Below are positions 9,413-20,609 of a stretch of DNA of 64,000 bases, one piece after another; position 1 is the first letter of the stretch, and each line of letters starts with the position of its first letter. The notes under the pieces are model-generated. The model ran no database searches, had not been told where the DNA came from, and saw nothing but the letters and a program-made list of their open reading frames with translations. This stretch comes from Desulfuromonas sp. (GTDB taxonomy: Bacteria > Desulfobacterota > Desulfuromonadia > Desulfuromonadales > Desulfuromonadaceae), in assembly GCA_034006225.1 (NCBI GenBank), contig JAVETC010000011.1, positions 8,278 through 72,277 on the forward strand, given 5' to 3'. The translations under genes were made by a program, and so were the position numbers.

Positions 9413-10915
9413 TTACCTGCTTTGCAAATATTCCACCAGCAAACGCACACCAAATCCGGTAGCACCACTTGGTTGCCCCGGCTTGCCCTTCTCTTCCCAA
9501 GCGGTGCCAGCGATATCGAGGTGTGCCCAAGGGGTTTGGCCGACGAATTTCTGCAAAAAAGCCGCAGCGGTGATCGTGCCAGCTGGTCGTCCACCGATAT
9601 TTTTCATATCCGCGACCTGACTCTTGATCTGCTCGGCATACTCTGCAAACAGCGGCAATTGCCACAGCCGCTCACCTGTCGCCTCGCCCGCCTGACATAA
9701 TGCTTGAGCCAAGGAGTCATCATTGCCCAGCACTGCGCTAGTATGGTGTCCCAGCGCCAAAATGCAGGCACCAGTCAAGGTGGCTAGATCAATGATCTGC
9801 GCTGGGCTCTTCTTTCCTACCCAAGCCAGAGCATCAGCCAAAATCAAGCGCCCTTCGGCATCAGTATTTAGAATTTCGATGGTTTGCCCAGACAATGAGG
9901 TCACAATGTCACCAGGACGTGTGGCACTTCCTGAAGGCATATTCTCCACTGCCGGCACCACGCCGATAACATTGATCGGCAACTGAAGTTGCGCGATGAT
10001 GGACATTGTGGCCAGCACAGCTGCCCCACCAGCCATATCCATCTTCATCTGGTCCATCCCTTCACCCGGCTTCAAGGAGATACCACCGCTATCGAAGGTG
10101 ACCCCCTTCCCAACCAGGGCGATGGGCGCACTATCATCACCAGCACCCTTATACTCCAGCACTATCAGACGCGGCTCACAGATGCTCCCCTTGGCCACAG
10201 CGAGCAACGCACCGAAACCTTGGCGTTCCAATTCAGCCGGGCCCAGTAGCGTGCAGGTTAGCTGGTAATCTTGCGCAAGCTGCCACGCAGTCTGGGCTAA
10301 ATAAATTGGAGTTTTCACGTTGCTGGGTTCATTAACCAGATCACGTGCCAAGCATACCCCGGTGCTGACAATCTGCCGCTGATTTAGGCGCTGCTGCAGC
10401 ACCGGCAAAACATTGACAGCAATCGCACCAAAAGCACAGCAGAGTTCAATGTCTGCAGCATTGCTGCAAGCCGCGGTAGGATCAGCGCTCTTATAACGTT
10501 CAAAGCGATATAGCTCGAGCAAGGCACCATCAAACAAGCAATCGGCAACATCGACAACAGTATCAGCACAAAACAGATGCAGATCGAACACCCAACTGCT
10601 TAGCTGGCGCTGACGTAGCTGTTGCACGGCTAAGGATGCGGCAGCACGATAGACGCGCTTAGTTATCTTGTCCTCATCACCAAGCCCCACCAGCATCAGC
10701 CGCGGTGGGTTGCCAGCGGCATGTAACATCAGTGTCTGCTCAGACTTGGCACTAAATTCACCATCCGCCATTAGCGCGGACAGCATTCCATCATCGGACC
10801 ATGGTGACAAACTAAGCGCTAAATCAGGCCACTGTTGCGCGCTAACCATTATTACTCTACACGCCACATCCTGCTGCATTGTGGCACTACAGGAATAAGT
10901 TACTTTCATAGCCAT
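9413..10915 (-). CDS. pepA: Leucyl aminopeptidase (M17)
   Basis: 500 aa. M17 signature NTDAEGRLILADAL plus VGKGVTFDSGG. Confidence 0.9.
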   Translation of the reverse strand: MAMKVTYSCSATMQQDVACRVIMVSAQQWPDLALSLSPWSDDGMLSALMADGEFSAKSEQTLMLHAAGNPPRLMLVGLGDEDKITKRVYRAAASLAVQQLRQRQLSSWVFDLHLFCADTVVDVADCLFDGALLELYRFERYKSADPTAACSNAADIELCCAFGAIAVNVLPVLQQRLNQRQIVSTGVCLARDLVNEPSNVKTPIYLAQTAWQLAQDYQLTCTLLGPAELERQGFGALLAVAKGSICEPRLIVLEYKGAGDDSAPIALVGKGVTFDSGGISLKPGEGMDQMKMDMAGGAAVLATMSIIAQLQLPINVIGVVPAVENMPSGSATRPGDIVTSLSGQTIEILNTDAEGRLILADALAWVGKKSPAQIIDLATLTGACILALGHHTSAVLGNDDSLAQALCQAGEATGERLWQLPLFAEYAEQIKSQVADMKNIGGRPAGTITAAAFLQKFVGQTPWAHLDIAGTAWEEKGKPGQPSGATGFGVRLLVEYLQSR

Positions 10916-10930
10916 ATCTACAAGTCCTTA

Positions 10931-12517
10931 TCAACAATGTTCGCGAGTTTTGTTAAAAACAACGTTCGGCCACTGCTCTATAGTGTGCTGCAAACGCCAT
11001 TCACTTGAGGCCAAATAGGCCAAATTTCCTTCAGCATCGTAGGAGAGGTTGGAACGATTTTTCTTTTCAAACTCCTCCAAGTGCTTTTTGTTGGCACAAG
11101 CAATCCAGCGTGCCGTGGCATAGTCTACCGGTTCATACACGGCGTCAACACTGTATTCAGCGCGCAGACGCGACATAATCACATCAAACTGCAATACCCC
11201 GACCGCGCCCAAAATATAGTCGTTACCACTCAAGGGACGAAACAGCTGCACCGCGCCCTCTTCCGCCAACTGCTTCAATCCCTTATCCAGCTGTTTGGTT
11301 TTTAGCGGATTTTTCAGGCGCACGCGGCGGAAATTTTCTGGCGCAAAGCTGGGAATCCCAACAAACTTCAACACCTCTTTAGTAGTAAAAGTATCGCCAA
11401 TTTTTATGGTGCCGTGGTTATGTACTCCGATAATATCCCCAGCATAGGCATCCTCGACATGGCTGCGATCCTGCGCCATAAATATTGTCGCGTTGGATAC
11501 CGTAATCTCTTTACCGATACGGTGATGGTGCAGTTTCATGCCGCGCTCGAAGTGCCCAGAGCAGATGCGCATAAATGCTATACGGTCGCGGTGGGCTGGA
11601 TCCATATTGGCCTGAATCTTAAACACAAAACCACTAAAATCCTCTTCATAGGGGGAGACCGCGCGAGTTGTAGTTTGGCGCACTATCGGCGATGGTGCCA
11701 ACTCGACAAAAGCATCCAACATCTCCTGCACGCCAAAATTGTTCACCGCACTACCAAAGAAAACCGGAGTTTGATTGCCACGCAGGTAATCTTCAAGATT
11801 GAAAGGATTTGCCGCACCATCAAGCAATTCAATATCTTCGCGCAACTCATCGGCCTGAGAACCTAAGAGTTCATCTAAACGCGGATCGCTCAGATCTTCG
11901 ATAACCATACCGGAGCTGACACGTTCACTATTAGAGGCTGAAAACAGGTGTAACTGTTTTTTAAATAGGTTATATGTCCCCTTAAAGCGTTTGCCCATAC
12001 CAATTGGCCAGGTCAACGGAGCGCACTCAATCTGCAAGGTCTCTTCAATATCGGACAGGATATCCAGCGGCGCCAGACCTTCACGGTCTAACTTATTAAC
12101 GAAAGTTATGATCGGAGTATTGCGCATGCGGCACACTTCCATCAACTTCCGCGTCTGTGTTTCTACCCCTTTAGCACTGTCAATCACCATCAATGCACTG
12201 TCAACTGCAGTCAACACACGGTAAGTGTCTTCAGAAAAATCCTGGTGCCCTGGGGTGTCCAACAAGTTAATCTCGTAATTGTGATAGTTAAACTTCATCA
12301 CTGAAGAGGTAACTGAGATACCACGCTCTTGCTCCATCGCCATCCAGTCACTGGTGGCATGGCGCGTGGATTTACGCGCCTTGACCGCCCCAGCCATCTG
12401 AATGGCCCCACCATAAAGCAACAACTTTTCGGTTAACGTAGTTTTCCCAGCATCTGGATGGCTGATAATGCCGAAGGTACGCCTTTTCTCCACTTCGTTT
12501 TGGTAGTATTTTTGCAT
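10931..12517 (-). CDS. prfC: Peptide chain release factor 3
   Basis: 528 aa. Translational GTPase motifs (AHPDAGKTT-type P-loop, DTPGH, NKLD) with RF3-type N- and C-terminal regions. Confidence 0.95.
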   Translation of the reverse strand: MQKYYQNEVEKRRTFGIISHPDAGKTTLTEKLLLYGGAIQMAGAVKARKSTRHATSDWMAMEQERGISVTSSVMKFNYHNYEINLLDTPGHQDFSEDTYRVLTAVDSALMVIDSAKGVETQTRKLMEVCRMRNTPIITFVNKLDREGLAPLDILSDIEETLQIECAPLTWPIGMGKRFKGTYNLFKKQLHLFSASNSERVSSGMVIEDLSDPRLDELLGSQADELREDIELLDGAANPFNLEDYLRGNQTPVFFGSAVNNFGVQEMLDAFVELAPSPIVRQTTTRAVSPYEEDFSGFVFKIQANMDPAHRDRIAFMRICSGHFERGMKLHHHRIGKEITVSNATIFMAQDRSHVEDAYAGDIIGVHNHGTIKIGDTFTTKEVLKFVGIPSFAPENFRRVRLKNPLKTKQLDKGLKQLAEEGAVQLFRPLSGNDYILGAVGVLQFDVIMSRLRAEYSVDAVYEPVDYATARWIACANKKHLEEFEKKNRSNLSYDAEGNLAYLASSEWRLQHTIEQWPNVVFNKTREHC

Positions 12518-12669
12518 TTTTTATATAATCCTCAGCCGTTAATCACATATTTATGGTAAAAGAGTTATCTTGTAGAATTAATATTACCATTAAACCACTA
12601 CTTGATGCGGGCAAAATAACGCAACCGCCCGCTACGGTCAACAGTTTCAACCATACATACAGCGCCATG

Positions 12670-12693
12670 TAGTTTATTCACGGCACCGATAAA
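12670..12693 (+). promoter_or_regulatory. Possible sigma28 (FliA)-type promoter upstream of the MCP gene
   Basis: TAGTTT-N10/11-CCGATAA resembles TAAAGTTT-N11-GCCGATAA. It lies about 65 bp upstream of the ATG at 12756. Confidence 0.3.
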
Positions 12694-12755
12694 CTCATTA
12701 AATTAAATCTATTTAGCAGTCAGAACCAATAAAACCTCCTAGAAAGAGAGTCCGC

Positions 12756-14942
12756 ATGTTTAAATCACTGAAAATTGGGAAAAAACTGTTTCTTTCATTT
12801 TTGTGTTTGCTGATATTGACTATTATTGTCGGCACCATTGGCAGATCAGGAATGAGTAGCATTAACAGGAGCATGCAACATCTGGAGATGATTCACGATG
12901 TCTCGTCTAGTTTTACCAGCGCAAGAGTTAACGAAAAGAGTTACAGCCTGACAGAAGAGGCGACAACAGCCGCACAGGTACGTACTGACTTGCAGCACCT
13001 AACCCAAGTTGCCCAGACACTAAACAGCGAATTAAAAGGTTCTACAGCACAGACACTCATTAGTGAAGTAAACCAACAGGCAACTGCCTACGGGAAGGCG
13101 TTTGAGCGTTATGTACAAATTAGTAACGAACGCCAAACCGGCATGGAAGATATGAAAACTGCTTCGAATGCTGCTTTCAAAGCGTTGCTAGAATTACAGA
13201 GTGCCCTTAAACTTTTGGTTGAAGATATACGTGACAACGGCGACAGTTATGCAGACGCAGAAGAGTACCAAGATGCGTTAACCGATGCTATGGACCAACT
13301 TGAATCAATTCGGAGTATCAATTTATTCTTTCTCGTTGCGCGCAAATACGAGAAAGAGCTCATTATCACTAAAGAAGAAAAATTTGCTGCCCTTACCCGC
13401 AACACCATCAGTAACATTTTGGAACAAGCAAGTGAATTAGCCTATAACCTAGATGATGATGAAGCAATAGACCAAGTAAAAACTGCCTCACAAAAAATCA
13501 CTGATTATCTCGGCAGTTTTAACACTTATGCCACCCTGATGACTGAGCAACAACAACTCAGCGCAGCAATGCAGCTAGCGGCAAATAAAGCTAAACAAGT
13601 CTGTGATGCTACGCTATCAGCGATAACTACCAGCAGCGCCCAGAATGTATCCGCAGCCAATAAATCGCTTATAGCTATAATCTTGGTGGCTATAATTTTT
13701 GGTATTTTGTTCGCGTTGCGCATCGCCAGCAGTATTGCCAAACCGCTTAAAGAAACTGTAGCTATGATAGATGCAATCGAGCACGGCCACCTAACGCAGC
13801 GGCTAAAACTCGACCGCCAAGACGAAATAGGTCAACTTGCTGCAAGCATGGATAGGTTTGCCGACAGCCTACAAAACGAAGTTGTGCAGCCTTTGACCTC
13901 CTTAGCGGCGGGCAACCTCACTTTTGAAATAAAACCCCATGATGACCAAGACACTTTACGCCACGCTCTGAAAAAGCTGGGTGACGACCTAAACGACATC
14001 ATGCTAGAGGTGCAAGTAGCTGGAGAGCAGATTGATTCCGGCTCCAATCAGGTATCAGACTCCAGCCAATCTCTGTCACAAGGTGCTATAGAGCAAGCTA
14101 GTTCGTTAGAGGAAATCAGCAGTTCGCTGCACGATGTCGCCGATCAAACTCGGCAAAATGCATCAGACGCCGATGAAGCCAGCAAAATGACCACCCAAAT
14201 GCAAATAGATGCCCAGCAAGGCAATCAACAGATGCAGCAGCTGAGCTCAGCTATGACAGATATTACAGAATCTAGTCATAATATCTCGAAAATAATCAAA
14301 GTTATTGATGAGATAGCCTTTCAAACTAACCTGCTCGCGCTAAATGCCGCCGTAGAGGCTGCACGTGCCGGTCAACACGGAAAAGGCTTTGCTGTCGTTG
14401 CCGAAGAGGTGCGCAACCTTGCAGCCCGTAGCGCCAAAGCGGCACAAGAGACCACCAACCTGATTGAAGGTTCCGTAACCAAGGCCAACGCTGGTTCACA
14501 GATAGCCAAAAGTACCGCATCGTCGTTAGAAAAAATTGTTAGCGGTGTTGCCAAAGCATCGACATTAGTCGCCGAGATTGCCAAGGCCAGCAATGAGCAG
14601 GCTCAGGGAATTGCTCAAATATCCATGGGGGTCACACAAATCGATGACATCACCCAGCAAAATACTACAGTAGCTCAAGAATCTGCGGCAGCGTCTGAAG
14701 AGTTGCGCAGCCAAGCAGACATTCTGCAACATCTGTTACACCGCTTTCAATTACGCCATGGTTCTGTAGCCGGCAACAAAACAATGCAAACCTTCAAGCA
14801 AGACAGTGCCGCGACGACTCATAATCAACCAAAACTTAGCGCAGCACCCAGCAATATTGACAGTGGCGACAACTGGGGCGGACAAAGCACAAACAGCACC
14901 CCTTGCATAAGCTTAGACGACGACGATTTCGGCAAATTTTAG
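12756..14942 (+). CDS. Methyl-accepting chemotaxis protein (large helical sensor domain, HAMP, MA signalling domain)
   Basis: 728 aa. Two TM segments; highly conserved hairpin tip [37 protein letters not shown]; C-terminal ...DDDDFGKF. Confidence 0.9.
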   Translation: MFKSLKIGKKLFLSFLCLLILTIIVGTIGRSGMSSINRSMQHLEMIHDVSSSFTSARVNEKSYSLTEEATTAAQVRTDLQHLTQVAQTLNSELKGSTAQTLISEVNQQATAYGKAFERYVQISNERQTGMEDMKTASNAAFKALLELQSALKLLVEDIRDNGDSYADAEEYQDALTDAMDQLESIRSINLFFLVARKYEKELIITKEEKFAALTRNTISNILEQASELAYNLDDDEAIDQVKTASQKITDYLGSFNTYATLMTEQQQLSAAMQLAANKAKQVCDATLSAITTSSAQNVSAANKSLIAIILVAIIFGILFALRIASSIAKPLKETVAMIDAIEHGHLTQRLKLDRQDEIGQLAASMDRFADSLQNEVVQPLTSLAAGNLTFEIKPHDDQDTLRHALKKLGDDLNDIMLEVQVAGEQIDSGSNQVSDSSQSLSQGAIEQASSLEEISSSLHDVADQTRQNASDADEASKMTTQMQIDAQQGNQQMQQLSSAMTDITESSHNISKIIKVIDEIAFQTNLLALNAAVEAARAGQHGKGFAVVAEEVRNLAARSAKAAQETTNLIEGSVTKANAGSQIAKSTASSLEKIVSGVAKASTLVAEIAKASNEQAQGIAQISMGVTQIDDITQQNTTVAQESAAASEELRSQADILQHLLHRFQLRHGSVAGNKTMQTFKQDSAATTHNQPKLSAAPSNIDSGDNWGGQSTNSTPCISLDDDDFGKF

Positions 14943-14957
14943 CTGCCCTTAAACAAC

Positions 14958-14992
14958 AAACGCCCCACAGTGACAACACTGTGGGGCGTTTG
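14958..14992. terminator. Bidirectional rho-independent terminator between the MCP gene (+) and hemY (-)
   Basis: 12-bp GC-rich stem cgccccacagtg/cactgtggggcg with a 4-nt loop, flanked by an A-run upstream and a T-run downstream. Confidence 0.7.
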
Positions 14993-15010
14993 ATCTAAGC
15001 ATTAAATAGA

Positions 15011-16414
15011 CTATTTAGCTGCGATAAATTCCACGGCCTGTTGCGCTGTTTTATTGGCGTTACTAACGCAGTCATTCAATCCAATACCATCATAGGCATT
15101 CCCCGTTAAAAACAGCCCGGGCAAACTGCTCAATTCACTGCGCACCTGCTTAACCAGACTACCATGCCCACGCACATACTGTGGGATAGCATATTGGTGG
15201 CGATATATACGCACAAATTCTGGAGAAACCTTAATTCCCATAATTCTCTCTAGATCCGCCTGTACCAGAATCTGCACTTGGTCATCAGTAAGATCGGCAA
15301 CCTGCGGACGCGTAGCTCCACCCATCATCGAGCGCAGCATCACCTTGCCTTGCGGTGCCCGCCCAGCAAAGATACTCGAATCCCATAACGTACCTAATAC
15401 TGAGCACCCCTCCTGCCGCGGAATCAAATAACCAAAGCCCTCCAGATCACACTGCAACTGTTCGCGCGCATAGCCCAAGCAGACAACATTCATAGGGGCA
15501 TAGGGTATCTTAGCCAACAACTGACCAGCCTCTGGTCTAAGCTTAGTTATCATCGCAGCCAACGCATTCGCGGGAGCCGCACTGATGACAACATCAGCAT
15601 CGAGAACGCTGCCATCGCTTAAGCCAAGGACATAGTCGTCATAATACTCAATGCTATCCACCCCGAGACCGGAACGAATTTCACCGTTAATTGCTTGAGT
15701 TAAAGAGTCGGTCAACTGCTGAATACCACCAGTAAATGAGGTGAGGACACCACCAGGGCCAGCTGCGCTTGCAACCTGTTTACCTGCTTTGCGTTCAGCC
15801 CGTTTCTGGCGCGCCATCTTAATCATGGCTTTAAGCAAGCCGCCATATTGCTGTTCCAACTCGACAATACGCGGGAAACAACTTTTAACGCTCATGGTTT
15901 CCGGATCGCCGGCAAAAATACCCCCAGCCATAGGCGCGATTAACTTATCCAGAGCCTCGGCACCCAACCGCCGCCGACCAAACTCAGCCAGAGTTTCATC
16001 ACTGCCATCATTTTTTGCCCCGACAAACAATTCACCCACTAAGCGCAATTTACCTGGCCAGCTGAGTAGATTTGAGGCAAAAAATTGCGCCCCATTTTCC
16101 GGTAGCTTATGGAGTTTATTGGCACTAAAGATAAAGCGTTTACGCGCATTATCATCTGAGCGTAGCAGTTCACTACTTATATCCAGCGCTTTACATAACT
16201 CTAAAGTGGCCGGTTTATTATCGAGAAAACCATTAGGCCCCCACTCACACAGGTAACCATCCTCGTGGCGACTCCAGATTTTTCCTCCGCAACGCTGCTG
16301 CTTCTCAAGCACCGTAACCTGAACATCCAAATTTATCGCCCGCGCCTGTTGTTCCACAGCATAAGCGGTAGCTAAACCAGAGACCCCAGCACCAATAACA
16401 ACAATCTTCTTCAT
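15011..16414 (-). CDS. hemY: FAD-dependent protoporphyrinogen/coproporphyrinogen oxidase (HemY family)
   Basis: 467 aa. N-terminal KIVVIGAGVSGLATAY dinucleotide fold; overall HemY-like length and blocks. Confidence 0.8.
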   Translation of the reverse strand: MKKIVVIGAGVSGLATAYAVEQQARAINLDVQVTVLEKQQRCGGKIWSRHEDGYLCEWGPNGFLDNKPATLELCKALDISSELLRSDDNARKRFIFSANKLHKLPENGAQFFASNLLSWPGKLRLVGELFVGAKNDGSDETLAEFGRRRLGAEALDKLIAPMAGGIFAGDPETMSVKSCFPRIVELEQQYGGLLKAMIKMARQKRAERKAGKQVASAAGPGGVLTSFTGGIQQLTDSLTQAINGEIRSGLGVDSIEYYDDYVLGLSDGSVLDADVVISAAPANALAAMITKLRPEAGQLLAKIPYAPMNVVCLGYAREQLQCDLEGFGYLIPRQEGCSVLGTLWDSSIFAGRAPQGKVMLRSMMGGATRPQVADLTDDQVQILVQADLERIMGIKVSPEFVRIYRHQYAIPQYVRGHGSLVKQVRSELSSLPGLFLTGNAYDGIGLNDCVSNANKTAQQAVEFIAAK

Positions 16415-16512
16415 TAAGTAGGCTCCTTACTCACCTTGACCAACTAGCAACATTTGCGCTTAATATAGCATCTTTTTGCCAGAAAATAGGTTAAATTATC
16501 CGCGCCCTACCC

Positions 16513-16541
16513 TTGACCTAGAGCAGTCGCAGACTTATATT
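16513..16541 (+). promoter_or_regulatory. Sigma70-like promoter for the J-domain gene
   Basis: TTGACC, a 17-nt spacer, then TATATT, about 55 bp upstream of ATG 16596. Confidence 0.4.
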
Positions 16542-16595
16542 GATTATCCCTGCTTATGGTTAAGACAGGTGGGTAACACAACAACAGGAGCAATC

Positions 16596-17495
16596 ATGGC
16601 TAAAGACTACTACGCAACTCTAGGTATTGACAAGTCCGCCACCACCGCGGAGATAAAAAAAGCATATCGCAAGCTGGCGATAAAATACCATCCGGACAAA
16701 AATGCAGGTGACAAAGCAGCTGAAGAGCGTTTTAAAGAGATTAGTGAGGCCTACGCAGTTCTCAGCGATACTGAGAAAAAACAGCAGTATGACCAATTTG
16801 GCGACGCCGGATTCCACCAAAAATACTCACAGGAGGATATCTTCCGTGGCGCCGATTTTGGCGATATATTTCGCGAGTTTGGTGGCGGTGAAGACATCTT
16901 TAGCCAACTTTTCGGCGGACGCGGCGGTCGGGCAACTCACAACCAAACCTTCCACCAACGCCGCCCTCGGCCAGCAAAAGGCCAGGATTATATAATGCGC
17001 ATCAACATTCCGCTGCGTCAGGCCGTTGCTGGCGGCGAGCGGATGATTCACTATAAACACAACAGCCATGACGAACAGATCCAAGTCCGCATACCTGCAG
17101 GGATAGAGACTGGGCAAAAATTGCGCATCGCCGGTAAAGGTGGCCCCAGCCAGAGCGGCGGCCCAGCCGGAGATCTACTGCTCGAGGTTAGTGTCGATAA
17201 AGATCCAGTTTTCACCAGAGAGGGCAATAATCTGCAGGTGCAGGTCAACGTACCCTATAGTGGTATGTGCCTCGGCACCAGTGCACCAGTGCCAACGCTG
17301 GAAGGGGAGAAGCGTATCAAGGTGCCAGCAGGAACGGCCAATGGATGCAAAATCCGCCTCAAAGGCCACGGAGTACCAGCACATGGCAAACACTCCGCTG
17401 GAGATCTATACGCTCAGATTATGGTTGTAATACCAAAACAGCTCAGCGCTGAGCAGAAGAAACTAATAGAGCAGTTGCACCAACTAGAACTGTAA
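16596..17495 (+). CDS. cbpA: DnaJ-class co-chaperone without zinc finger (CbpA-like curved-DNA-binding protein)
   Basis: Start moved to ATG 16596 ([11 protein letters not shown]), which follows AGGAG. J domain with HPD (KYHPDKN); DnaJ C-terminal beta domains; no CxxCxGxG repeats. Confidence 0.8.
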   Translation: MAKDYYATLGIDKSATTAEIKKAYRKLAIKYHPDKNAGDKAAEERFKEISEAYAVLSDTEKKQQYDQFGDAGFHQKYSQEDIFRGADFGDIFREFGGGEDIFSQLFGGRGGRATHNQTFHQRRPRPAKGQDYIMRINIPLRQAVAGGERMIHYKHNSHDEQIQVRIPAGIETGQKLRIAGKGGPSQSGGPAGDLLLEVSVDKDPVFTREGNNLQVQVNVPYSGMCLGTSAPVPTLEGEKRIKVPAGTANGCKIRLKGHGVPAHGKHSAGDLYAQIMVVIPKQLSAEQKKLIEQLHQLEL

Positions 17496-17521
17496 ACCTG
17501 GATACCGCTGAAGCAGCCAAG

Positions 17522-18577
17522 CTACACATTTTTGCGCGCAAAACGATTTTTATCCTGCGCTTTCATGTAGGCTTCTTCGGCGGATATCAACTCCTGCTGC
17601 AGATAATCGGCCAGTACGTCATCCATCATCTGCATACCTTGGCGCTTACCACCTTGAATTATATTGCGAATATTGCTAATATTGTTTTCGCGAATACTCG
17701 CCGCCAGTCCTGGTGTACCGATTAAAATCTCGTTGGCCGCAATGCGCCCACCACCCTGTTTTTTTAACAACAACTGCGCACAAATACCGCGCAACGAATC
17801 GGCCAGCATAGTACGCGCCATCCCCTGCTGGTCAGCGGGAAAAACATCGATAATCCGATCTATAGTCTTCACCGCCGAGTTGGTATGTAGCGTCCCAAAT
17901 ACCAAGGTGCCCATCGAGGCCGCCGACAACGCCAGTGAGATGGTCTCATAATCGCGCATCTCGCCAACCAAGATAACATCGCAATCCTGCCGACAGGCGG
18001 TGTGCAACCCATCCCCAAAAGAGCACACATCATTGCCCACCTCACGCTGGCAGAACACGCTGTGCTTGTTGGGATGAACAAACTCGATGGGTTCTTCGAT
18101 AGTTAATACATATCTGGAATAGTTATCGTTAATATAATCGATAATAGCCGCCAGCGTGGTTGACTTACCACTACCTGTGGGGCCAGTTACCAATACCAAG
18201 CCAGAGCGTAGCGCAGCAAAAGATTTTAGCACCTCCGGCAAGCCCAGATCAGCTAAAGTAAGAATTTTAGTGGGAATAACGCGAAAAACTGCCGCCATAC
18301 CATGCAGTTGCCCATAATAGTTAGCGCGAAAGCGAGCATGGGCATCTTTTTCATAGGCAAAGTCGAGATCGTGGCGTTCGAGAAACTCGACCCAACGCTC
18401 GGGGACACAGATCTCTTTCAGATAGGCCACCATCTCCTCTTCTTCGACTGCCGCCTCACCAGCAAGGGCGACCATACGCCCATGTTCCCTTATTTTCGGG
18501 GGCTGTCCCTGCAGCAGGTGCATATCAGAAGCACCGTGCTCGAGCATAAGATCAAACAGTCTGTCTATTTTTGCCAT
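17522..18577 (-). CDS. pilT: Type IV pilus retraction ATPase PilT
   Basis: Start at MAKIDRLFD, preceded by GGAGG. Walker A GPTGSGKST; PilT blocks EDPIEF, GEMRD, TGHLVFGTLHT-like and AIRNLIRE-like. Confidence 0.9.
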   Translation of the reverse strand: MAKIDRLFDLMLEHGASDMHLLQGQPPKIREHGRMVALAGEAAVEEEEMVAYLKEICVPERWVEFLERHDLDFAYEKDAHARFRANYYGQLHGMAAVFRVIPTKILTLADLGLPEVLKSFAALRSGLVLVTGPTGSGKSTTLAAIIDYINDNYSRYVLTIEEPIEFVHPNKHSVFCQREVGNDVCSFGDGLHTACRQDCDVILVGEMRDYETISLALSAASMGTLVFGTLHTNSAVKTIDRIIDVFPADQQGMARTMLADSLRGICAQLLLKKQGGGRIAANEILIGTPGLAASIRENNISNIRNIIQGGKRQGMQMMDDVLADYLQQELISAEEAYMKAQDKNRFARKNV

Positions 18578-18650
18578 CAGCAACCTCCACACCAGTGCCA
18601 AATGCTGGCGAATAAGCTATTAAAATCAGCCAGAGTCCAGCGGCTATAAG

Positions 18651-20057
18651 TTACTCCGCAGCGGGAATGAGTTCGGGTTGATATTGCTTAAAGGGCGACT
18701 TGTTCGCCGCTTCAAACCAGGCTTCAACCCCATCTATAACCTGCTCATCAACAAGTTTCTGCAGCGAATCTTCCAATTGACACATCCCCTTATCACGGTT
18801 TATCTGCATCATGGTCGGGAGCTGGAACATACGATTTTCACGGATCAGGTTACCGATCGCAGTATTATTAAACAAAATTTCCAGCGCCAGCGCACGCCCA
18901 GATCCCTCACTGCGCGGAATCAAGCGTTGACAAATAATACCGCGAATTGATTCGCTGATCATGGAGCGAATTTGTCCCTGTTGATCGGCAGGGAAAAAAT
19001 CGAGAATCCGGCTAATAGTTTGAGCGGCACCAGTGGTATGCAACGAGGCAAACACTAGATGCCCGGTTTCAGCTGCAGATATGGCTAGAGTAGCGGTCTC
19101 GCGATCGCGTAATTCGCCAATCATTATCACATCAGGATCTTCACGTAGGGCAGCGCGCAGAGCCGCAGAGAAGCTGGCGGTATGCGTTCCAACTTGGCGC
19201 TGACTGATATGCGATTGCGCCGGTTGAAATACATACTCAATAGGATCTTCCATGGTGATGATATGCTCATCGCGATTTTGATTTATCAACTCAATCATCG
19301 CCGCCATGGTAGTAGTTTTACCGCAGCCACTTGGCCCCGCCACCAGCACCAGACCCTGATTATATTCGGTCAGCTGTTTTAGTTTTTCGGGCAGTTGCAA
19401 CTGATCAAAGCTTGGCACCTGTTGATCCACAATACGAAAGGAGCCATCCCAGCCGCGGCTTTGGCGTGCAAAACAGCTTCGATACCGCCCCAACCCAGCC
19501 ACCTGGCAACAGGTATCCAAAGAGAACTGTTCACACAACTGCTCCTTTTGTGTACCATCCAGCACAGCAAACAGAAGAGTCTCGGCCTCCTGAGCAGTAA
19601 AGGGTTGCCGTTGCAGTTGGCGCAATTGACCATCAATACGCAGCAGTGGTGGCGCACCAGAATTAATATGCAGATCTGAGGCACCAGCTTGACGCGCATA
19701 GGTCAGATATTGTTCTAAAGTGGTAAAAGTGGAAAATTCTGAAGGTGGTACTACCGCAGATGTTGGTGCCGCGACCGGTGGCGTAACTGACTCAGTAGCG
19801 GACGGGTGCTGTGGGTCGGCGCTGCGCAGAGGCTGGTCTACGAAGACGGCTTTACTCTTGTGCGTCTCGTTATACTTCTGGCGTATTTTTTCAGTCTGCC
19901 CCTCTTTTAACGCTCCAGCACGCACCAGCAGATCGCTCAACTCCAATTCGGGATGTCTGAGCAGGTAATCTTTCGCCTGCTGAAGCAATTCGCCAGTGGC
20001 TAACTTGTTGTGCAACACCACCTTTTCCACAAACTTATCGAATTCAGTCACGACCAA
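18651..20057 (-). CDS. PilT-family hexameric ATPase with an extra GspE-N/MshEN-like N-terminal domain and a Pro/Ala/Ser/Thr linker
   Basis: 468 aa. The core (GPSGCGKTT, MEDPIEY, GELRD, TGHLVFASLHT) is PilT-like and lacks the PilB tetracysteine motif. The N-terminal 70 aa are helical, with LxxLLVxxGxL-type repeats. Confidence 0.8.
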   Translation of the reverse strand: MVVTEFDKFVEKVVLHNKLATGELLQQAKDYLLRHPELELSDLLVRAGALKEGQTEKIRQKYNETHKSKAVFVDQPLRSADPQHPSATESVTPPVAAPTSAVVPPSEFSTFTTLEQYLTYARQAGASDLHINSGAPPLLRIDGQLRQLQRQPFTAQEAETLLFAVLDGTQKEQLCEQFSLDTCCQVAGLGRYRSCFARQSRGWDGSFRIVDQQVPSFDQLQLPEKLKQLTEYNQGLVLVAGPSGCGKTTTMAAMIELINQNRDEHIITMEDPIEYVFQPAQSHISQRQVGTHTASFSAALRAALREDPDVIMIGELRDRETATLAISAAETGHLVFASLHTTGAAQTISRILDFFPADQQGQIRSMISESIRGIICQRLIPRSEGSGRALALEILFNNTAIGNLIRENRMFQLPTMMQINRDKGMCQLEDSLQKLVDEQVIDGVEAWFEAANKSPFKQYQPELIPAAE

Positions 20058-20152
20058 CTCCTATGGTTTCCAGTTAGCACCCACCAGCTTCTGCTCCGAA
20101 AAACTGCTCCGTGGCAAGCGGCCCTAGACAACAGCAAACATGGCATAAGCAA

Positions 20153-20515
20153 CTATTCTAGATCTAAATCTAGGCTCATATCGTCATGCTCAGCTGCTAT
20201 TTCCCGCTGTTGCTGTACCAACCAGGTACCCAGGCTACCCATATCACTGACGTCACAATTAACCTCTTCGGCAGGAAGAATAATCTCTATCTCATCGCGG
20301 CTTACATTGATAAATCCGGCTTGCAGCAGGTTATTACCACTTTGCCGCTCCCATACCTGAGCTGCAGCAACTGCGATGAATTGGCGTGCTTCACATACCA
20401 TATCTGTCAGCCGAGTCCCTTTTTTTACATACACCCTACCTACAACCCGATAGTTATGCGTTAGGATGACGACTTTCATCATGGTATTTGGTTCGCGCCC
20501 GACACTCAAACTCAT
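20153..20515 (-). CDS. Hypothetical small protein (beta-rich core plus acidic tail), first gene of the PilT-ATPase cluster
   Basis: 120 aa. A strong GGAGG sits 6 nt upstream of ATG 20515. I recognise no family motif. Confidence 0.5.
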   Translation of the reverse strand: MSLSVGREPNTMMKVVILTHNYRVVGRVYVKKGTRLTDMVCEARQFIAVAAAQVWERQSGNNLLQAGFINVSRDEIEIILPAEEVNCDVSDMGSLGTWLVQQQREIAAEHDDMSLDLDLE

Positions 20516-20609
20516 CTTTACCCTCCTGCTATTTCTATTTACCTGTTACCGTTGAGCGGCCATTAAAGAAACTAGCACTACTCAAAAAAAGTTAAATTGT
20601 GGGTGCTGA

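Noticed and set aside
9333-9700. Cluster of short ORFs on both strands around the def/pepA junction.
   Set aside because: They overlap the 3-prime end of pepA and the 38-bp palindrome. No independent coding evidence.
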